A stretch of DNA of 56,130 nt from a virus (lineage: Duplodnaviria; Caudoviricetes): positions 1 through 56,130 of the IMG/VR virus record IMGVR_UViG_3300024999_000128, one strand, 5' to 3'. The translations under genes were made by a program, and so were the position numbers. The notes beneath the pieces are model-generated. The model had not been told where the DNA came from. It searched no databases and worked only from the letters and a program-made list of their open reading frames with translations. Positions 43,401 through 53,288 of the stretch are shown here, in pieces; position 1 is the first letter of the stretch, and each line of letters opens with the position of its first letter.

Positions 43401-46400
43401 AGATGGACTTGATTTGGGTGGGGGAGAAGGCGATGTAAATATCCCCCTTGTATTTATGCTGCACTCCAAACCGCTTCGCTACATCAAGGCGGTTCTCCGG
43501 GATATCAATGAAGTTCCTAATGATAACGCTGTCGTGCCCATTCGCCTGCGCTTCTCTGATTGATTCCTCGGCGTTGTTTCTGGTAATATCGGTGCCCCGG
43601 TAATCAACTTCATACGGATTCTGAAGGTTCAGATACACCTCATGTACAGCCCCGTCCTTGACTCCCATCTTGTGTATCCCGGCAGCCCTTTTGTTATTGA
43701 CAAAGAATATCCCGCCGCTTGGCCCAGTGCGAAATGCGTCACCTGTCAGTTCTGCCGGCCCCCCATGATAAACCACCAGCGGCTTGCCGGACGAGTCCAC
43801 CACCTTGCTGTCGCCGAACCACTTCTTGAATGCCGGCATGTTCTGGATGACCCGCGTAGCCTTGCGGATGTCGGTCTGGGCATCCTGAGCGAACTCATTC
43901 ACAGGAGTCCGCCCCATCAGCTTATCCAGTGAAGAGGTGACCACGTTCGCGTCGGCGTTGAGCAGGTCCTCGCCCAGCCGCAGGACTTCGGAAAGAGCGG
44001 TGTCGGAGGCGGCGGTGAGGCCGAAGAATGTCCGGACGGACTGTACGAAGCGCGACCACAGGGTCTCGGTCTTGTTCAGTTTAACGGTCTCGAGGTAGTC
44101 CTGCATCTCCTTATTGGACAGGGTCCAGGCCAGCACCTCGGATGGGTTGTTGAGAGCATTGACGTTGCGCTGCAGAATCCTCTGCTCGAACTCAGTCAGC
44201 TGCTCACCGCTCTTAGCCCGGGTGTTGAAGTGGTTGATGATCAGGTTGGTGGCTGTGATGAGGTCAGCGGTGGTCTTGGCGAGCGTCGTGCCCTTGCTGA
44301 CCTTGCGGTTGCCGACATGAATGGCAGCCTGAGTAGCGGCATGGATCAGCTCATGGAGGACAGTCTCATAGGACATCCCCACCTTGCCGGTAACATCGGC
44401 GCCGTTCAGCCTGACCGTGGTCTTGATGACGTCCGAGAAGTCGGTGGTCGACACGCCTCTGGAGTTGGCCGAGGATGCCGGGATCTCGTCACCGACATGG
44501 GTGACGTTCAGGTTGAACTCAACACCCGCGCCCTTGAGCCTGAGCAGTGCCACCCGGACCTTGGCGGCGATCAGCTTATGTCCGTTGTTCGGCGTGTTGC
44601 TGATCAACCACTCAGCGGCCTGGATGAGGGTCTTGCCATCGATACCCTTCTGGACTTTCTCAGCTTCTGCTTTGGTCGGGTCGCCGAGGCGGTCACGGTC
44701 CTGTTTCTCGGCGGAGAGGATGGTGATATCCTCGTCGTTGAAGACGACGTAGTTATAAGTGCCTCCGTCCTGCGCGTCAGCGATGGCCTGCACCAAGGCA
44801 GGAGACGGGTCGTAGCCGGACAGCTTGCTGCCAAGTGCGGCGCTGATAGCCTGTGCAGGGTAGTCAAACCCTAGCCAGTCGTCGGCGATGAGAGCCTTCA
44901 GGATTGCCTCGTTCTTTGGTGAGAATGTGCCAGTGCCGATCATCTCTTCGACATCTGAAAACTCCGCGTCTTCCGGCAGTTCTTTCAGGAACTCTGCCTT
45001 GATATCTTTCAATGGCTTGTTGCGGCTGGTGCCGTCGAGGTATTTGATTCCTCTTACTCCGAGAGAGTGGAGATATTCTGAGGCTTTCTGATCTCCTTTG
45101 CCGAACGCACTTATCTTCCCTTCATCGACAAGTTTCATCATGTGGCGCATGATGTCCTTGTTGCCAATGTTCTTCGAGATGTGCCGGTATAGTGCCGAGC
45201 CGTCTCCACCCATTCCGTCAATTGCGTCTCGGATTGACTGCGGAATATTTTTAAGCGCAGCCCGCACCTTCTCCGACTGCTCGCTCAGCGGACGGTCCCA
45301 AAGCAAAAATTCATCCTCGGCGGGGGCTAGTTCTACTTGGTAGAGTTTGCCGTTGCTGTATACTTTTTGCGCCGCCGCACGTACTCTGTTGTACAATTCT
45401 CGCCCGACCGCCTCTATATAAAAGCCGTCATGTCCAGCAAGAGTCTTGGCTAGCAAACCCCGCAAAGCGTAAGTTTTATCGTCCCCCCAACCTCCTTCCG
45501 ACACCATCTTGGCCCACACTTCCTCGGTGAGTTCAGGCTCTTTTTCCTCAAACAGAGTGGCGTCAATGGACTCTGGGCGGGCAGATAGTTTATCACGGTA
45601 CCATTGAGCAACCTCCTTAGCCCCAGCAAAGTACAATCCATACCCGTAAGCCTGCGCCCCCTCGCCGGTGCCGATCTTACTGGAGGAGAACTTGTCGACT
45701 GTGTGAGGTGTGCCATGCCAGGCCACCATCTCATCCTCAATCACCGCCGTCAGCCCCTGGTACTCATCCTCGTCCATCTCAGCCATCTCGGCCATCTCGG
45801 CCATGGCAGCATCGGCCTTGGCCCGCGGGTTCTGCACCCGGTAGGCGCGGATGGCAGCCTCAGAGGGGACGCGTTTGAACGCTGTGTCGCCGGCGGCGAT
45901 ATCCTCGGCAATGACTTTCGCCTGCACGGCGTAGGCGGAGGGGAGGGGGTTTTCGGTCTTGGGTTTTGCTGCCTTGGGTTTGGGTGCAGCCTTGGCAGTT
46001 TTCTTCTCAGGCCTGGGTCTGGGTGCAGGCGCAGCTTTTTGGGCTGCCGCCCCAGAAAGGCTTGTTTTAATACGCTCAGGCTTGAATGTTACATATAATG
46101 TTGAGAACTCATTACCTGTGTCTATATCTACCGGCTCAAAGAAGTTTTTGAATATAACTCCATCGTGTCCTTTATCTTTGGCCGCAGATATTACTTTGTT
46201 CATGTCTAAATCATCAGGACCGTTAAAATCCCACACCAGCGGGTCTTTAAATTCTACAGTTGCCTGTATAACATCCCTCTTTCCTAATGTGTAAGCCTTT
46301 GCCAGTTTATGGTCTGTAGTAAAAAATATGCCTCCCTGATTTGCTTTTGCTGACTTACCAGAATCGAAATCCGTAAATTCGTCTGGTGTACCATGAAAAC

Positions 46401-48753
46401 CTTCTACAGTTACAGCTTTGCTTGTTTCAAAAGGATGGTCTTTAGACACGGAAGTTCTTACTATCTCAGTCGGCTTCTCAACTTTGGCAGGAGTAACCCC
46501 TTCAACAGCCTTTTCAGGAGCAACAACCGCATTATTCTTCTTCCCCTCCCACTGCGCCCTCATCTTCTCAGCCGCAGCCCGGACGCTCTCCTCGGAGGCA
46601 TCCTTGGCGGAGAAAGTCACGCCTTTGAGTGGACCGGCTTGGTAGGTGAACTGGGGCAGGCTGAGGTTGTCGCCGTCGTACTTGAGGTCCTTGTCGATCT
46701 TGGTAGCTACTTCTGCAGGCGCGACAGCCATCCCATCAACGGGCGGCTCTTCTGGTAATACCTCTGGAACCGTCGGCGGATTCTGATCACTTCGTCCTTG
46801 TGCCGGAACAACTGTCTCAGGAATTGCAGCATTGTTCATCTCCTCCCGTATTTTGAAGATCTCCTCCTGCACCGCGGTCTTCTCAGGTCCCGCCGGCAGA
46901 GCTTCCCACTGATCTACAAGGGTGTCGTGTTGGAAGGTCAGGTTGTTGAGCGTGTCATTGACACTTCCTGCTCCTGCAGTACCTGAGACATTACCATCTG
47001 CATTTCCTGCAAGAGCAGAAACTGCTTCCGGCGAGATGTCTCCATCAGCTGCTCCACCTGCTGACCTAGCTGCAGTTGCTCCAGGTTTAACTTTTCCTGC
47101 AATATTGTTACTTGATCTTGTGTTCTCATTTGTTTCCCCCTCTGTAGATTTTAATGATTCAGAAACTCCGTCCACCACTTGCTCGGGTCCAGGGTGTACA
47201 GCCTGAACAGGTTCATTTGCAGGCGTTGCTTGCGGCTTAACTTCGGCATCCGTCACCTCGACAGTGTTTTTCTTCAACCAGTTGAACTGCGAGCCTGGGC
47301 TCTTGGCCCGCGTCGCCATCTCGGCATCGATCTGGGCTCGGTTCATGCCGGCCGGCGGAGCGTACTCGTAAACCTTGTCAGCTACCCTGAAGCGCACCAC
47401 CTCCGGCCGGGCCGGGTCGCCCATCAACTGCTCGAACTTCTTGGTTCCGGACTTGGCCAGCAGCTTCTGGTATTCCTTGCGCTCGTCGGGGGTGAACTGC
47501 TCCCCACCCAGTGCCTTGGCCTCGAGGTCGGCGAGGCGGGAGGCCCTCGCCTCTACCCCTTGCTTCGCCATCTCGGACAACGGCTTGCCGGCCAGCATCT
47601 GCTTGGCGATATCCTCCGGCGCCGCGGTGACTGTGGTTGTGCCCGCTGCGGTCTGGATGGTCACCGTCGCCTCGCCGCCCTCCAGCTTGTCGAGGGTCGC
47701 GCCTTCGGGCAGGACCTTGTCGAGAGTGTCTGCCTGGACTTTCTCTACAGCGGGGTCGGTCTTTAGTGCGCCGATCCCTTCCGAGATTGTCGACATACCC
47801 CCGCCCTGACCGGCACCGACGACGAGACCGGTAGCCGCTGACTTGGCAACCCCCTCGTCCCACGGCTTGTCCATGGCCAGGTTAGTGAAGACCTGCTCCT
47901 GCGCGGACTGCGGCATCTCTTCGAGGACGCCTTCTTTGAACATGCTCTTGGCGATCTCTTTGCCGGAGGCGAGCAGCCCCTTGCCGGTCGCGCCGCGCAT
48001 CCCGGCCGTGGCCAGGGCCACCTCAGCGTCCCGGAACCCGGGAATCTTGGACGAGCCAACACCGATCAGACCGGTCAAGGCACCAGCCCCGAGAGCGGGC
48101 AGCACGGTATCCTGCCAGTCTTTACCCTCAGCCACTCCCTGCTCCTGAATACTGCCGGAGGTAAGCAGGCCCTCCGCCCCGCCGCCAATGCCGGTCAGGG
48201 TAGCGATGGTCTTCGGATCACGGAAAAACTGCGAGGCAAACGCAGCGGCTTCCGGAGTGCCTGCGGTGAGGCCGTTCTTAGCCAGAGCGGAGGTGAGCAT
48301 CTTGCCGGCAACGCCGCGCACCGCACCCACCATGCCAATGCTCGACGGGGCGGACTCCGCGATCGCGCCGAAGGCGGCGGACGGGTTCTGCAGGTAGGCT
48401 TTGGCGGTGTCGACGAACCCCTCAGCCTGCTCGACGTTGAGGTTGGCCTGCTTGCGGGCGTCGCTGTAGCCCTGACTCAGGAACTTGTTGGTCGCCTCCG
48501 GGTCGTAGCCGATACTGCGCATCCCTTGTCCGACCATATTGCCAGTGACGATATCCGCCACGCCGACCGCCGACTGACCGAGGCCGACTGCTCCCTTGGC
48601 GAGATCGATGGCGGTGTCTTTGGCTGCGCCGAGGATACCGCGGGGCTTGATGCCTACCGGTGCAGGGATATTGGCAGGAGAGTTCCCGAGTATGTCGTCT
48701 AAGGTACCCTGCTGCGGCTCGTCGTCGGCGAGGATATCGTCAAGGGTAGGCAT
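40384..48753 (-). CDS. Giant internal virion (ejection) polyvalent protein: three ADP-ribosyltransferase-like domains, zincin metallopeptidase, PLxRFG-like C-terminal region
   Basis: 2789 aa; FHGT...GGIFF...GHDGVIF; WHG...GEGAQAYGYGLYFA...NYVVF; VLHELIH; FKKWFGDSKVVD..GKPLVVYHG...IAFSPTQIKS; YWPLARVGDF; last gene of the structural operon. Confidence 0.8.
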   Translation of the reverse strand: MPTLDDILADDEPQQGTLDDILGNSPANIPAPVGIKPRGILGAAKDTAIDLAKGAVGLGQSAVGVADIVTGNMVGQGMRSIGYDPEATNKFLSQGYSDARKQANLNVEQAEGFVDTAKAYLQNPSAAFGAIAESAPSSIGMVGAVRGVAGKMLTSALAKNGLTAGTPEAAAFASQFFRDPKTIATLTGIGGGAEGLLTSGSIQEQGVAEGKDWQDTVLPALGAGALTGLIGVGSSKIPGFRDAEVALATAGMRGATGKGLLASGKEIAKSMFKEGVLEEMPQSAQEQVFTNLAMDKPWDEGVAKSAATGLVVGAGQGGGMSTISEGIGALKTDPAVEKVQADTLDKVLPEGATLDKLEGGEATVTIQTAAGTTTVTAAPEDIAKQMLAGKPLSEMAKQGVEARASRLADLEAKALGGEQFTPDERKEYQKLLAKSGTKKFEQLMGDPARPEVVRFRVADKVYEYAPPAGMNRAQIDAEMATRAKSPGSQFNWLKKNTVEVTDAEVKPQATPANEPVQAVHPGPEQVVDGVSESLKSTEGETNENTRSSNNIAGKVKPGATAARSAGGAADGDISPEAVSALAGNADGNVSGTAGAGSVNDTLNNLTFQHDTLVDQWEALPAGPEKTAVQEEIFKIREEMNNAAIPETVVPAQGRSDQNPPTVPEVLPEEPPVDGMAVAPAEVATKIDKDLKYDGDNLSLPQFTYQAGPLKGVTFSAKDASEESVRAAAEKMRAQWEGKKNNAVVAPEKAVEGVTPAKVEKPTEIVRTSVSKDHPFETSKAVTVEGFHGTPDEFTDFDSGKSAKANQGGIFFTTDHKLAKAYTLGKRDVIQATVEFKDPLVWDFNGPDDLDMNKVISAAKDKGHDGVIFKNFFEPVDIDTGNEFSTLYVTFKPERIKTSLSGAAAQKAAPAPRPRPEKKTAKAAPKPKAAKPKTENPLPSAYAVQAKVIAEDIAAGDTAFKRVPSEAAIRAYRVQNPRAKADAAMAEMAEMAEMDEDEYQGLTAVIEDEMVAWHGTPHTVDKFSSSKIGTGEGAQAYGYGLYFAGAKEVAQWYRDKLSARPESIDATLFEEKEPELTEEVWAKMVSEGGWGDDKTYALRGLLAKTLAGHDGFYIEAVGRELYNRVRAAAQKVYSNGKLYQVELAPAEDEFLLWDRPLSEQSEKVRAALKNIPQSIRDAIDGMGGDGSALYRHISKNIGNKDIMRHMMKLVDEGKISAFGKGDQKASEYLHSLGVRGIKYLDGTSRNKPLKDIKAEFLKELPEDAEFSDVEEMIGTGTFSPKNEAILKALIADDWLGFDYPAQAISAALGSKLSGYDPSPALVQAIADAQDGGTYNYVVFNDEDITILSAEKQDRDRLGDPTKAEAEKVQKGIDGKTLIQAAEWLISNTPNNGHKLIAAKVRVALLRLKGAGVEFNLNVTHVGDEIPASSANSRGVSTTDFSDVIKTTVRLNGADVTGKVGMSYETVLHELIHAATQAAIHVGNRKVSKGTTLAKTTADLITATNLIINHFNTRAKSGEQLTEFEQRILQRNVNALNNPSEVLAWTLSNKEMQDYLETVKLNKTETLWSRFVQSVRTFFGLTAASDTALSEVLRLGEDLLNADANVVTSSLDKLMGRTPVNEFAQDAQTDIRKATRVIQNMPAFKKWFGDSKVVDSSGKPLVVYHGGPAELTGDAFRTGPSGGIFFVNNKRAAGIHKMGVKDGAVHEVYLNLQNPYEVDYRGTDITRNNAEESIREAQANGHDSVIIRNFIDIPENRLDVAKRFGVQHKYKGDIYIAFSPTQIKSIFNQTWDPANPAIDMQVQTPLGIIADEQISEALKSGQKKLGTAVQALKNPKSKLHDLYVQYAPQWLAVTPLHTLVQTFGKTIPQIRNFSERLNAIVAAKEEIVSSSKVIYDKAMEMAQKTVGLDVFNTAAATASFNRMTPWKDLYSQDWTAVGKTRSEKLKNAQKKWVAAKMQKATGLTYIEAYSEAKKAYDALKTDDMKQAYQDTVEHIAGIRTREKNNLLRYIEKVTEPNSDERKEMMLKFDATFTDLHGAYWPLARVGDFVLKYVDKDGFKWAEHFTTIAERNEAKAERVAAGVDPDGIKESYKDKQPAGAVAIPAMMLEQLSKTVRAKYMKDINPNDSEAVEAAMEAAQNTINDMTQIWLRWQPETSALKNSVRRKNVKGYSLDMLRSYLDYMQRHASNIAWTEQGKKIEGDLKSMGDDIKAKLDGDVAANTDMENHLLNDLRARVQALRSVKVGVAASFLGKVGTGWYMTSPSIALVQMTQLGALTLPKLAVKYGPVKAAKALALWTKEAFKKDYRRAAMFDDPVVAVLFDELHAVVTIDNRNTPAAKGKELGEPLFSEEYVAKRIADSEKVTPYQRRLLVLREAMARNLLDISAAHEAFDVTNGKDPNSLMAKGFAIAMKPMSLSELTSRKAAVLSTYDLASQDGKDFFLAMNDIAEVVNDTLYSYSKENKGAALQGGLTRVVLQFQHYRIMTGIRLAMLLNNAIRGESKEIKAAATKEFVGIMGMTGALAGSLGMPFAGTVFAILGAILGDDDEPEDYRLMYTNWLQDTFPKTVADLLTHGLPSLAGADISKRVGLQDVYGMQNEPPPRLHGKELAAWWAANQLGPTFSVGAGLAQGYDEFFNKGNYMKGLEAAAPKPIKDVFKAIRVATDGVKTGAGKKLIPDDQIGPDEVLMIALGFNPEEISKAQGAERSLQGIKIRISERRGKLIRRAAEAIIEGDGASDALEDIRKFNLRMPRFAIGGRDIKPAVRKILRGESGTTGRRERDVATQYEVPVYQE

Positions 48754-48766
48754 TAAGCCCTCCGGG

Positions 48767-49747
48767 TTATTTTAAGTTCTTGATAAACTCTGCGACTTCT
48801 GAAGCGGTAACATCTGCGCGGCCGGCGAAATGCTTGTCGACTACGGACTTCTTGTCTGCTGCCAGCTGGGTGTAAAGCGACTTGGCTGTCGTGCCGCCAC
48901 TCTTAGGCTCCAGGATCTCCATGGTGTCAGGGTCAACCAGGACCTGCTTCTTGATGGTCTGCTGTTCTCCAAGCTGGTTCGGCGGACCGACCGGGATCTC
49001 CTGGTCAAGCACGATCGGTTTGCGGCGGGTAGCTTCCTGCGCGGCCATGGTCGCAGACCGCAGTCCCCGGGCAGATGACCCTTCAAGTGGAATCTCAGCA
49101 GTCTCGGCGCGGGTCTTGGCGGCGTCCGCCTGTGCTTTCGGAACTCCCCCGACGATGTCAGCCCACTGTGCGTTGCGCTGGGTGTAGCCATCCATCAGGG
49201 ATTTGTTGTAGTCAGCAATGCCGGCGTTGGCGGCGTTCATCTCTGCTGTGCCGTCGCTGTAGATCGGGTTTTCGTTCTTGTCATAGCCGGTGATCTGCCG
49301 GAATGCCTTGGCACTGACGAAGGGGTTCTGCATAGTCGGCGCGGTGTCGGTGCCGTTCTGAATTTCCTGGAAAGAATACTTGCCGGTCGCTGGGTCCTGC
49401 AGCATGGCGCGGTGGACACTCGGGCTCGGATCACTCGACATGCCGGTGCCGATGTATTTCTGATAATCGGAGGAGTCCTGCGCAGAGCGGAACCGCATCC
49501 CTGCCGGTGCTCCGGGCTGAGCGGCAACGGCTGCTGCGGGGATGGTGCTGGGCTGCACTGCCTGGGCGCGGATACCTGTCGGTTTCTCTACCGGAGGCAG
49601 GGCCGCTGCGGAAGTCTGTGCAGCATTATGGGCAGCCATTAAGCCAGGGGTTCTCATCCCTGCTGAAGGTGTCCACGCTGGAGGGATCCGGTTCCAGTTA
49701 ATCCCTCGGACTTTCGCCCTCTCTTCTTCCTCAGTCCGTATCGCCAT
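48767..49747 (-). CDS. Probable internal virion protein
   Basis: Ala/Gln-rich; AAGGAGG SD; precedes the giant protein. Confidence 0.6.
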   Translation of the reverse strand: MAIRTEEEERAKVRGINWNRIPPAWTPSAGMRTPGLMAAHNAAQTSAAALPPVEKPTGIRAQAVQPSTIPAAAVAAQPGAPAGMRFRSAQDSSDYQKYIGTGMSSDPSPSVHRAMLQDPATGKYSFQEIQNGTDTAPTMQNPFVSAKAFRQITGYDKNENPIYSDGTAEMNAANAGIADYNKSLMDGYTQRNAQWADIVGGVPKAQADAAKTRAETAEIPLEGSSARGLRSATMAAQEATRRKPIVLDQEIPVGPPNQLGEQQTIKKQVLVDPDTMEILEPKSGGTTAKSLYTQLAADKKSVVDKHFAGRADVTASEVAEFIKNLK

Positions 49748-49805
49748 GATGTAACCTCCTTATACTTTCTTAACCTACCGCATCAGCGAGATAATGTCCA
49801 CCGTG

Positions 49806-51752
49806 TTACATATTATAATTGTAATTGTGCAGTGTTTTTTCACCGGTCTCATTGCTGTCAGATGTAACATTACTGTCGCTGTCGCTCTCACTGTAGGAGT
49901 TCGAGAGGCTTTCATTGAACCCGAGTTGTGCCGAAGCGGAGACACTCGACAAGGCGGAAGCGACCTTCTGGGCCTGGATCAGGGCGGCGGCTTTCAGAGC
50001 CTCGACCTGCACTTCCTTCATCGCCGTCATCGCCCGCAAGTTGGCTTCGAGTTCTTTGACCGCGATCTCGGCCTGGGCCATGACCCCGGAGATGGTTGCC
50101 GAGTAGCGGTTGACCAGGGCCTTGATGTACTCACTCTCCCGCCCGACCTCCGCCTCATAGGCGCCGATGTCAGCGGCGTAGACCTTGGTGCCAGCCTCCT
50201 CGAGTCCGAGCTGGTAGTCCGTATCAGCCTTATACTTCTCGATCGCAGCGGTAAGCACAGCGATCCGGTCCTTGTTGCCCTCGGTCACTGCCTGAATCTC
50301 GGCGATGTTGATCTCGGAGGCGACCTTGGCCCCCTGCATCTGCGCGGAAAACGCCTCGACCTGCTTGGCGAACAGGTCTACCTTGGCAGTCTCGCCGGCG
50401 ATCTGGGCCTGGTAGAGGTTGAAGCCGGCGGTGACCCCGTTGATCTGAGCGACGGCGGCGTCGATGCGGGCTCGGAAGGCCTCGATCCGTGCCTTGTCAA
50501 TCTCCACCTGCAGCTTCGCCCCTTCCATCTGAGCGCGGTAGAGGTCGATCACCACCTGCAAGGCCTGAACCCGCTTCGAGTAAATCTCCACCTGCTGCAC
50601 CTGCAGGTCACCGAGGATCTTCGCCCCTTCCATCTGGGCGCGGTAAATCTCCACCTTGGCAAGTTCGGCACGGATCCGGCTCTCGAAGACCTGGGCCAGG
50701 GTCTTGTAGCCCTCAAGCTGGGCGGTGTAGGCCGAGACCTTCAGCTGGAAGATATCGATGACCATCTGCACCTGGGTCTTGGCGATCTCGAAGGCTCGCT
50801 GGTTCACCTGATTAGTGAAATCCATGATCTGCTTCTCGAAGACCAGCCCGCTGGTGATGGCGAACTGAGTCGCTTGCTGGGTGATGTCGGCCTGCTTGTA
50901 CATGGTGTCCCGGGCAAGGTCGAGCCGGGTCCGCCGGTCGTCGTACAGAGCCTCCTGCAGGGCAGCGGAGAGCACCCCGTCCGGCATCTCCATGTTCCAC
51001 TGTTCCCAGGTGTTGAGGATCTTGGCAGTGCCTCTGTTGATCTCGATGTCAAGCTGGGTCAGCGCCCGCTCCCAGATCGCCGTCCATACCTCGTCGGTAT
51101 AGACTGCGTTGCCGAGAGTGATGTCGTTGTAGAGCTTGGTGCGCAAAGCGTCGGCAAGGTCGGACTGGTAGGTTGCCTCGCTGTAGACAAACATCGGCTC
51201 GGGAGCAGTCAGGTCGGCAGTCGGCATCACGCCGTCAAAACTCAGGCCCTCAAGCACAGGAGCTGCCGGCAGGGCGATCGACTCAAGCACCGGCACCGGC
51301 GGCAGGTCAAGGCTCGGGACGGGCGGGATGGCAGGATCGGCGACCGCCGGCGCGTCGGAAGGCACCGTCGGGATGGCTGTGCTCGGCATGGCCGGGATGT
51401 TCACTGTCGGCTCGACGGCCGTGAGCACCGGCAAGGTAATCTCTGCGATCGTCGCCTCGGTGAGCCCGAGCAGGTTGCGCAGGGCAGCGATATCTGAGAA
51501 GGCCACCGCGGTCATCCTGCTGACGTAGGCCGCTACCGCGTCAGGGCTGGGAGGCTCACCGATCGGAGGCTCAGGGGGGAGGTCGCTGATATCGACACTA
51601 CCGGATGGGGCTGTGAACGTGGCAGTGCCAAGCGCCCCCAAGGCACTGGTCGATGCTGCGTCGTACTGGTTGACAAGGTCGGTAGACAGGCCGAACCTGG
51701 CAGTGACAAGATCCTCAGCTACTGATGCGTTTGGAAATCCTAACCCGCCCAT
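49806..51752 (-). CDS. Virion structural protein with Pro-rich N-terminus and long helical region
   Basis: 648 aa; repeated Y.AQ.EG.K coiled-coil units; Ser-rich end. Confidence 0.7.
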   Translation of the reverse strand: MGGLGFPNASVAEDLVTARFGLSTDLVNQYDAASTSALGALGTATFTAPSGSVDISDLPPEPPIGEPPSPDAVAAYVSRMTAVAFSDIAALRNLLGLTEATIAEITLPVLTAVEPTVNIPAMPSTAIPTVPSDAPAVADPAIPPVPSLDLPPVPVLESIALPAAPVLEGLSFDGVMPTADLTAPEPMFVYSEATYQSDLADALRTKLYNDITLGNAVYTDEVWTAIWERALTQLDIEINRGTAKILNTWEQWNMEMPDGVLSAALQEALYDDRRTRLDLARDTMYKQADITQQATQFAITSGLVFEKQIMDFTNQVNQRAFEIAKTQVQMVIDIFQLKVSAYTAQLEGYKTLAQVFESRIRAELAKVEIYRAQMEGAKILGDLQVQQVEIYSKRVQALQVVIDLYRAQMEGAKLQVEIDKARIEAFRARIDAAVAQINGVTAGFNLYQAQIAGETAKVDLFAKQVEAFSAQMQGAKVASEINIAEIQAVTEGNKDRIAVLTAAIEKYKADTDYQLGLEEAGTKVYAADIGAYEAEVGRESEYIKALVNRYSATISGVMAQAEIAVKELEANLRAMTAMKEVQVEALKAAALIQAQKVASALSSVSASAQLGFNESLSNSYSESDSDSNVTSDSNETGEKTLHNYNYNM

Positions 51753-51764
51753 AGTGTTGCTCCT

Positions 51765-53288
51765 TTATGAATAGACCTGCTTTTTCTCTGTAGCTGTGTA
51801 CTGGATCATGCCGAGAAAGATCTCGCCCTTAAACAGGACAGCGTCCCCGGCCTCATCTACGATCTCCGGGATAGTGTGTTCCCAATAAGTGCCGTTGTAT
51901 CTTGCCTCAAACCGTACAGGCGCAGCAAGAACTCCATCGGAGTTGGGGCCGACGTAATCATATTCGACCCAGACATCAGGGTTATCCCAACTCTCAACGC
52001 GATACGCAGCCATGAGTCCGGTCACCTTGGCGATGCTGTCTGTGCTGTAGTATTTTACCTGATTACCGATGTTCTGGAAGTACGATGGATACTCATCTGG
52101 CGACGGACCTTGTAACAGGAAAATATCCGCATCGACACGAAAGCAGTAGCTATACAAATACTCAACGGTCTCTATATCTTCCGACGAGACAAGATCATAC
52201 GTGCATTCCCCGGATACTGAGGCATTGTGAGTATATATCTCTGTCGTGTCTCTGACTGAGTAGCACGATGCGACATTGTTCACATTCTCTCGTTCCAGCC
52301 GGAATGACTGTCCTTCATACCCGAAGTCTCCGATGTATCTGCTGGATAAAGTCGTTACAGAGCTGACGGTGCCTGGATAGTCGGTTCCCTCATCGACTTC
52401 ATCTACTGTTTGGTTGTAGCGCGCCACAGCGAACTCTATAGCTGTCTCGCAGTCCCCCCACACATCTGAGCAAGCTCCGGCGCGGACTGAGGTAGTAGTC
52501 CCCGACTCAGAAACCTCTGAATTTGGCAGGGCCGCAGGATGACCAAACACTTCAAACTCTCGGTGATGCTTCTTTGTAAAGGAGTACGGAGGTGGAGCCA
52601 TCGAGTAACATGCCTTGAACCCTGGACCTCCGATGTATGTATATCCATCCTCGCAGCAAGTGTCGGTAAGGACGTAAAAACCTTTCTTCGTTCCGACAGG
52701 CAAGCCTATAAAGTACGGATCATCTGCGTCGGTGATATTCTCCGTCCACGCTATCTCTTCCGCCGACGGCATGACTCCGGTCTGAGCTACGAAGAACAAC
52801 TTCGGCAGGTCGCCTCCGCCAAATGGTGCCCCCCCGATGGAAATAAGCTGCATATCGAGTGCTACCTCGACGTTGTCTTCCATATCTGCTGCAGGGATCT
52901 CATAGATGTTCTTGAAAGCATAGTACGGCCCCGCAAACGTCCCACTCAGGCAGGCTACCCACCACAGGTTATCGACGCTGCGGATGCAGGGCACGATCTG
53001 GTTGACTTGTCGAGTACGCAGTACCCACTCTTCTTTCTGCGGCCGAGGTTTGCCGGAACGCACGTCGACGATGACCGTTTCCACACCGAAGACGGTCTGC
53101 ATCGAGATCTTGCCAATGTAGGCGCCGGTCTCGTCGAAGAAGTTCTCTTCGTGCTTGTTCTGCTGCAGGGATTGGAACGCGGAGTTTTCCCGGAAGGTGC
53201 GGAGCAATCGATTGGTATGTGCGAGAGAGAGTTGCTCGGCCTTGTACCGGTCCCCCTTCAACTCGACTGCCGTCGTGCGAGCCATCAC
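51765..53288 (-). CDS. Probable tail/virion protein
   Basis: Acidic, beta-rich; in the structural operon; AT-richer central part. Confidence 0.55.
   Translation of the reverse strand: MMARTTAVELKGDRYKAEQLSLAHTNRLLRTFRENSAFQSLQQNKHEENFFDETGAYIGKISMQTVFGVETVIVDVRSGKPRPQKEEWVLRTRQVNQIVPCIRSVDNLWWVACLSGTFAGPYYAFKNIYEIPAADMEDNVEVALDMQLISIGGAPFGGGDLPKLFFVAQTGVMPSAEEIAWTENITDADDPYFIGLPVGTKKGFYVLTDTCCEDGYTYIGGPGFKACYSMAPPPYSFTKKHHREFEVFGHPAALPNSEVSESGTTTSVRAGACSDVWGDCETAIEFAVARYNQTVDEVDEGTDYPGTVSSVTTLSSRYIGDFGYEGQSFRLERENVNNVASCYSVRDTTEIYTHNASVSGECTYDLVSSEDIETVEYLYSYCFRVDADIFLLQGPSPDEYPSYFQNIGNQVKYYSTDSIAKVTGLMAAYRVESWDNPDVWVEYDYVGPNSDGVLAAPVRFEARYNGTYWEHTIPEIVDEAGDAVLFKGEIFLGMIQYTATEKKQVYS

Noticed and set aside
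41599-43563. 654-aa plus-strand ORF
   Set aside because: Antisense shadow of the giant virion gene caused by GC-rich codon bias; no SD, no motifs.
45775-45806. 9-bp repeat encoding AEMAEMAEM
   Set aside because: Short in-frame slippage in a linker; no evidence of function.
49794-51497. 567-aa plus-strand ORF
   Set aside because: Antisense shadow of the 648-aa structural gene.
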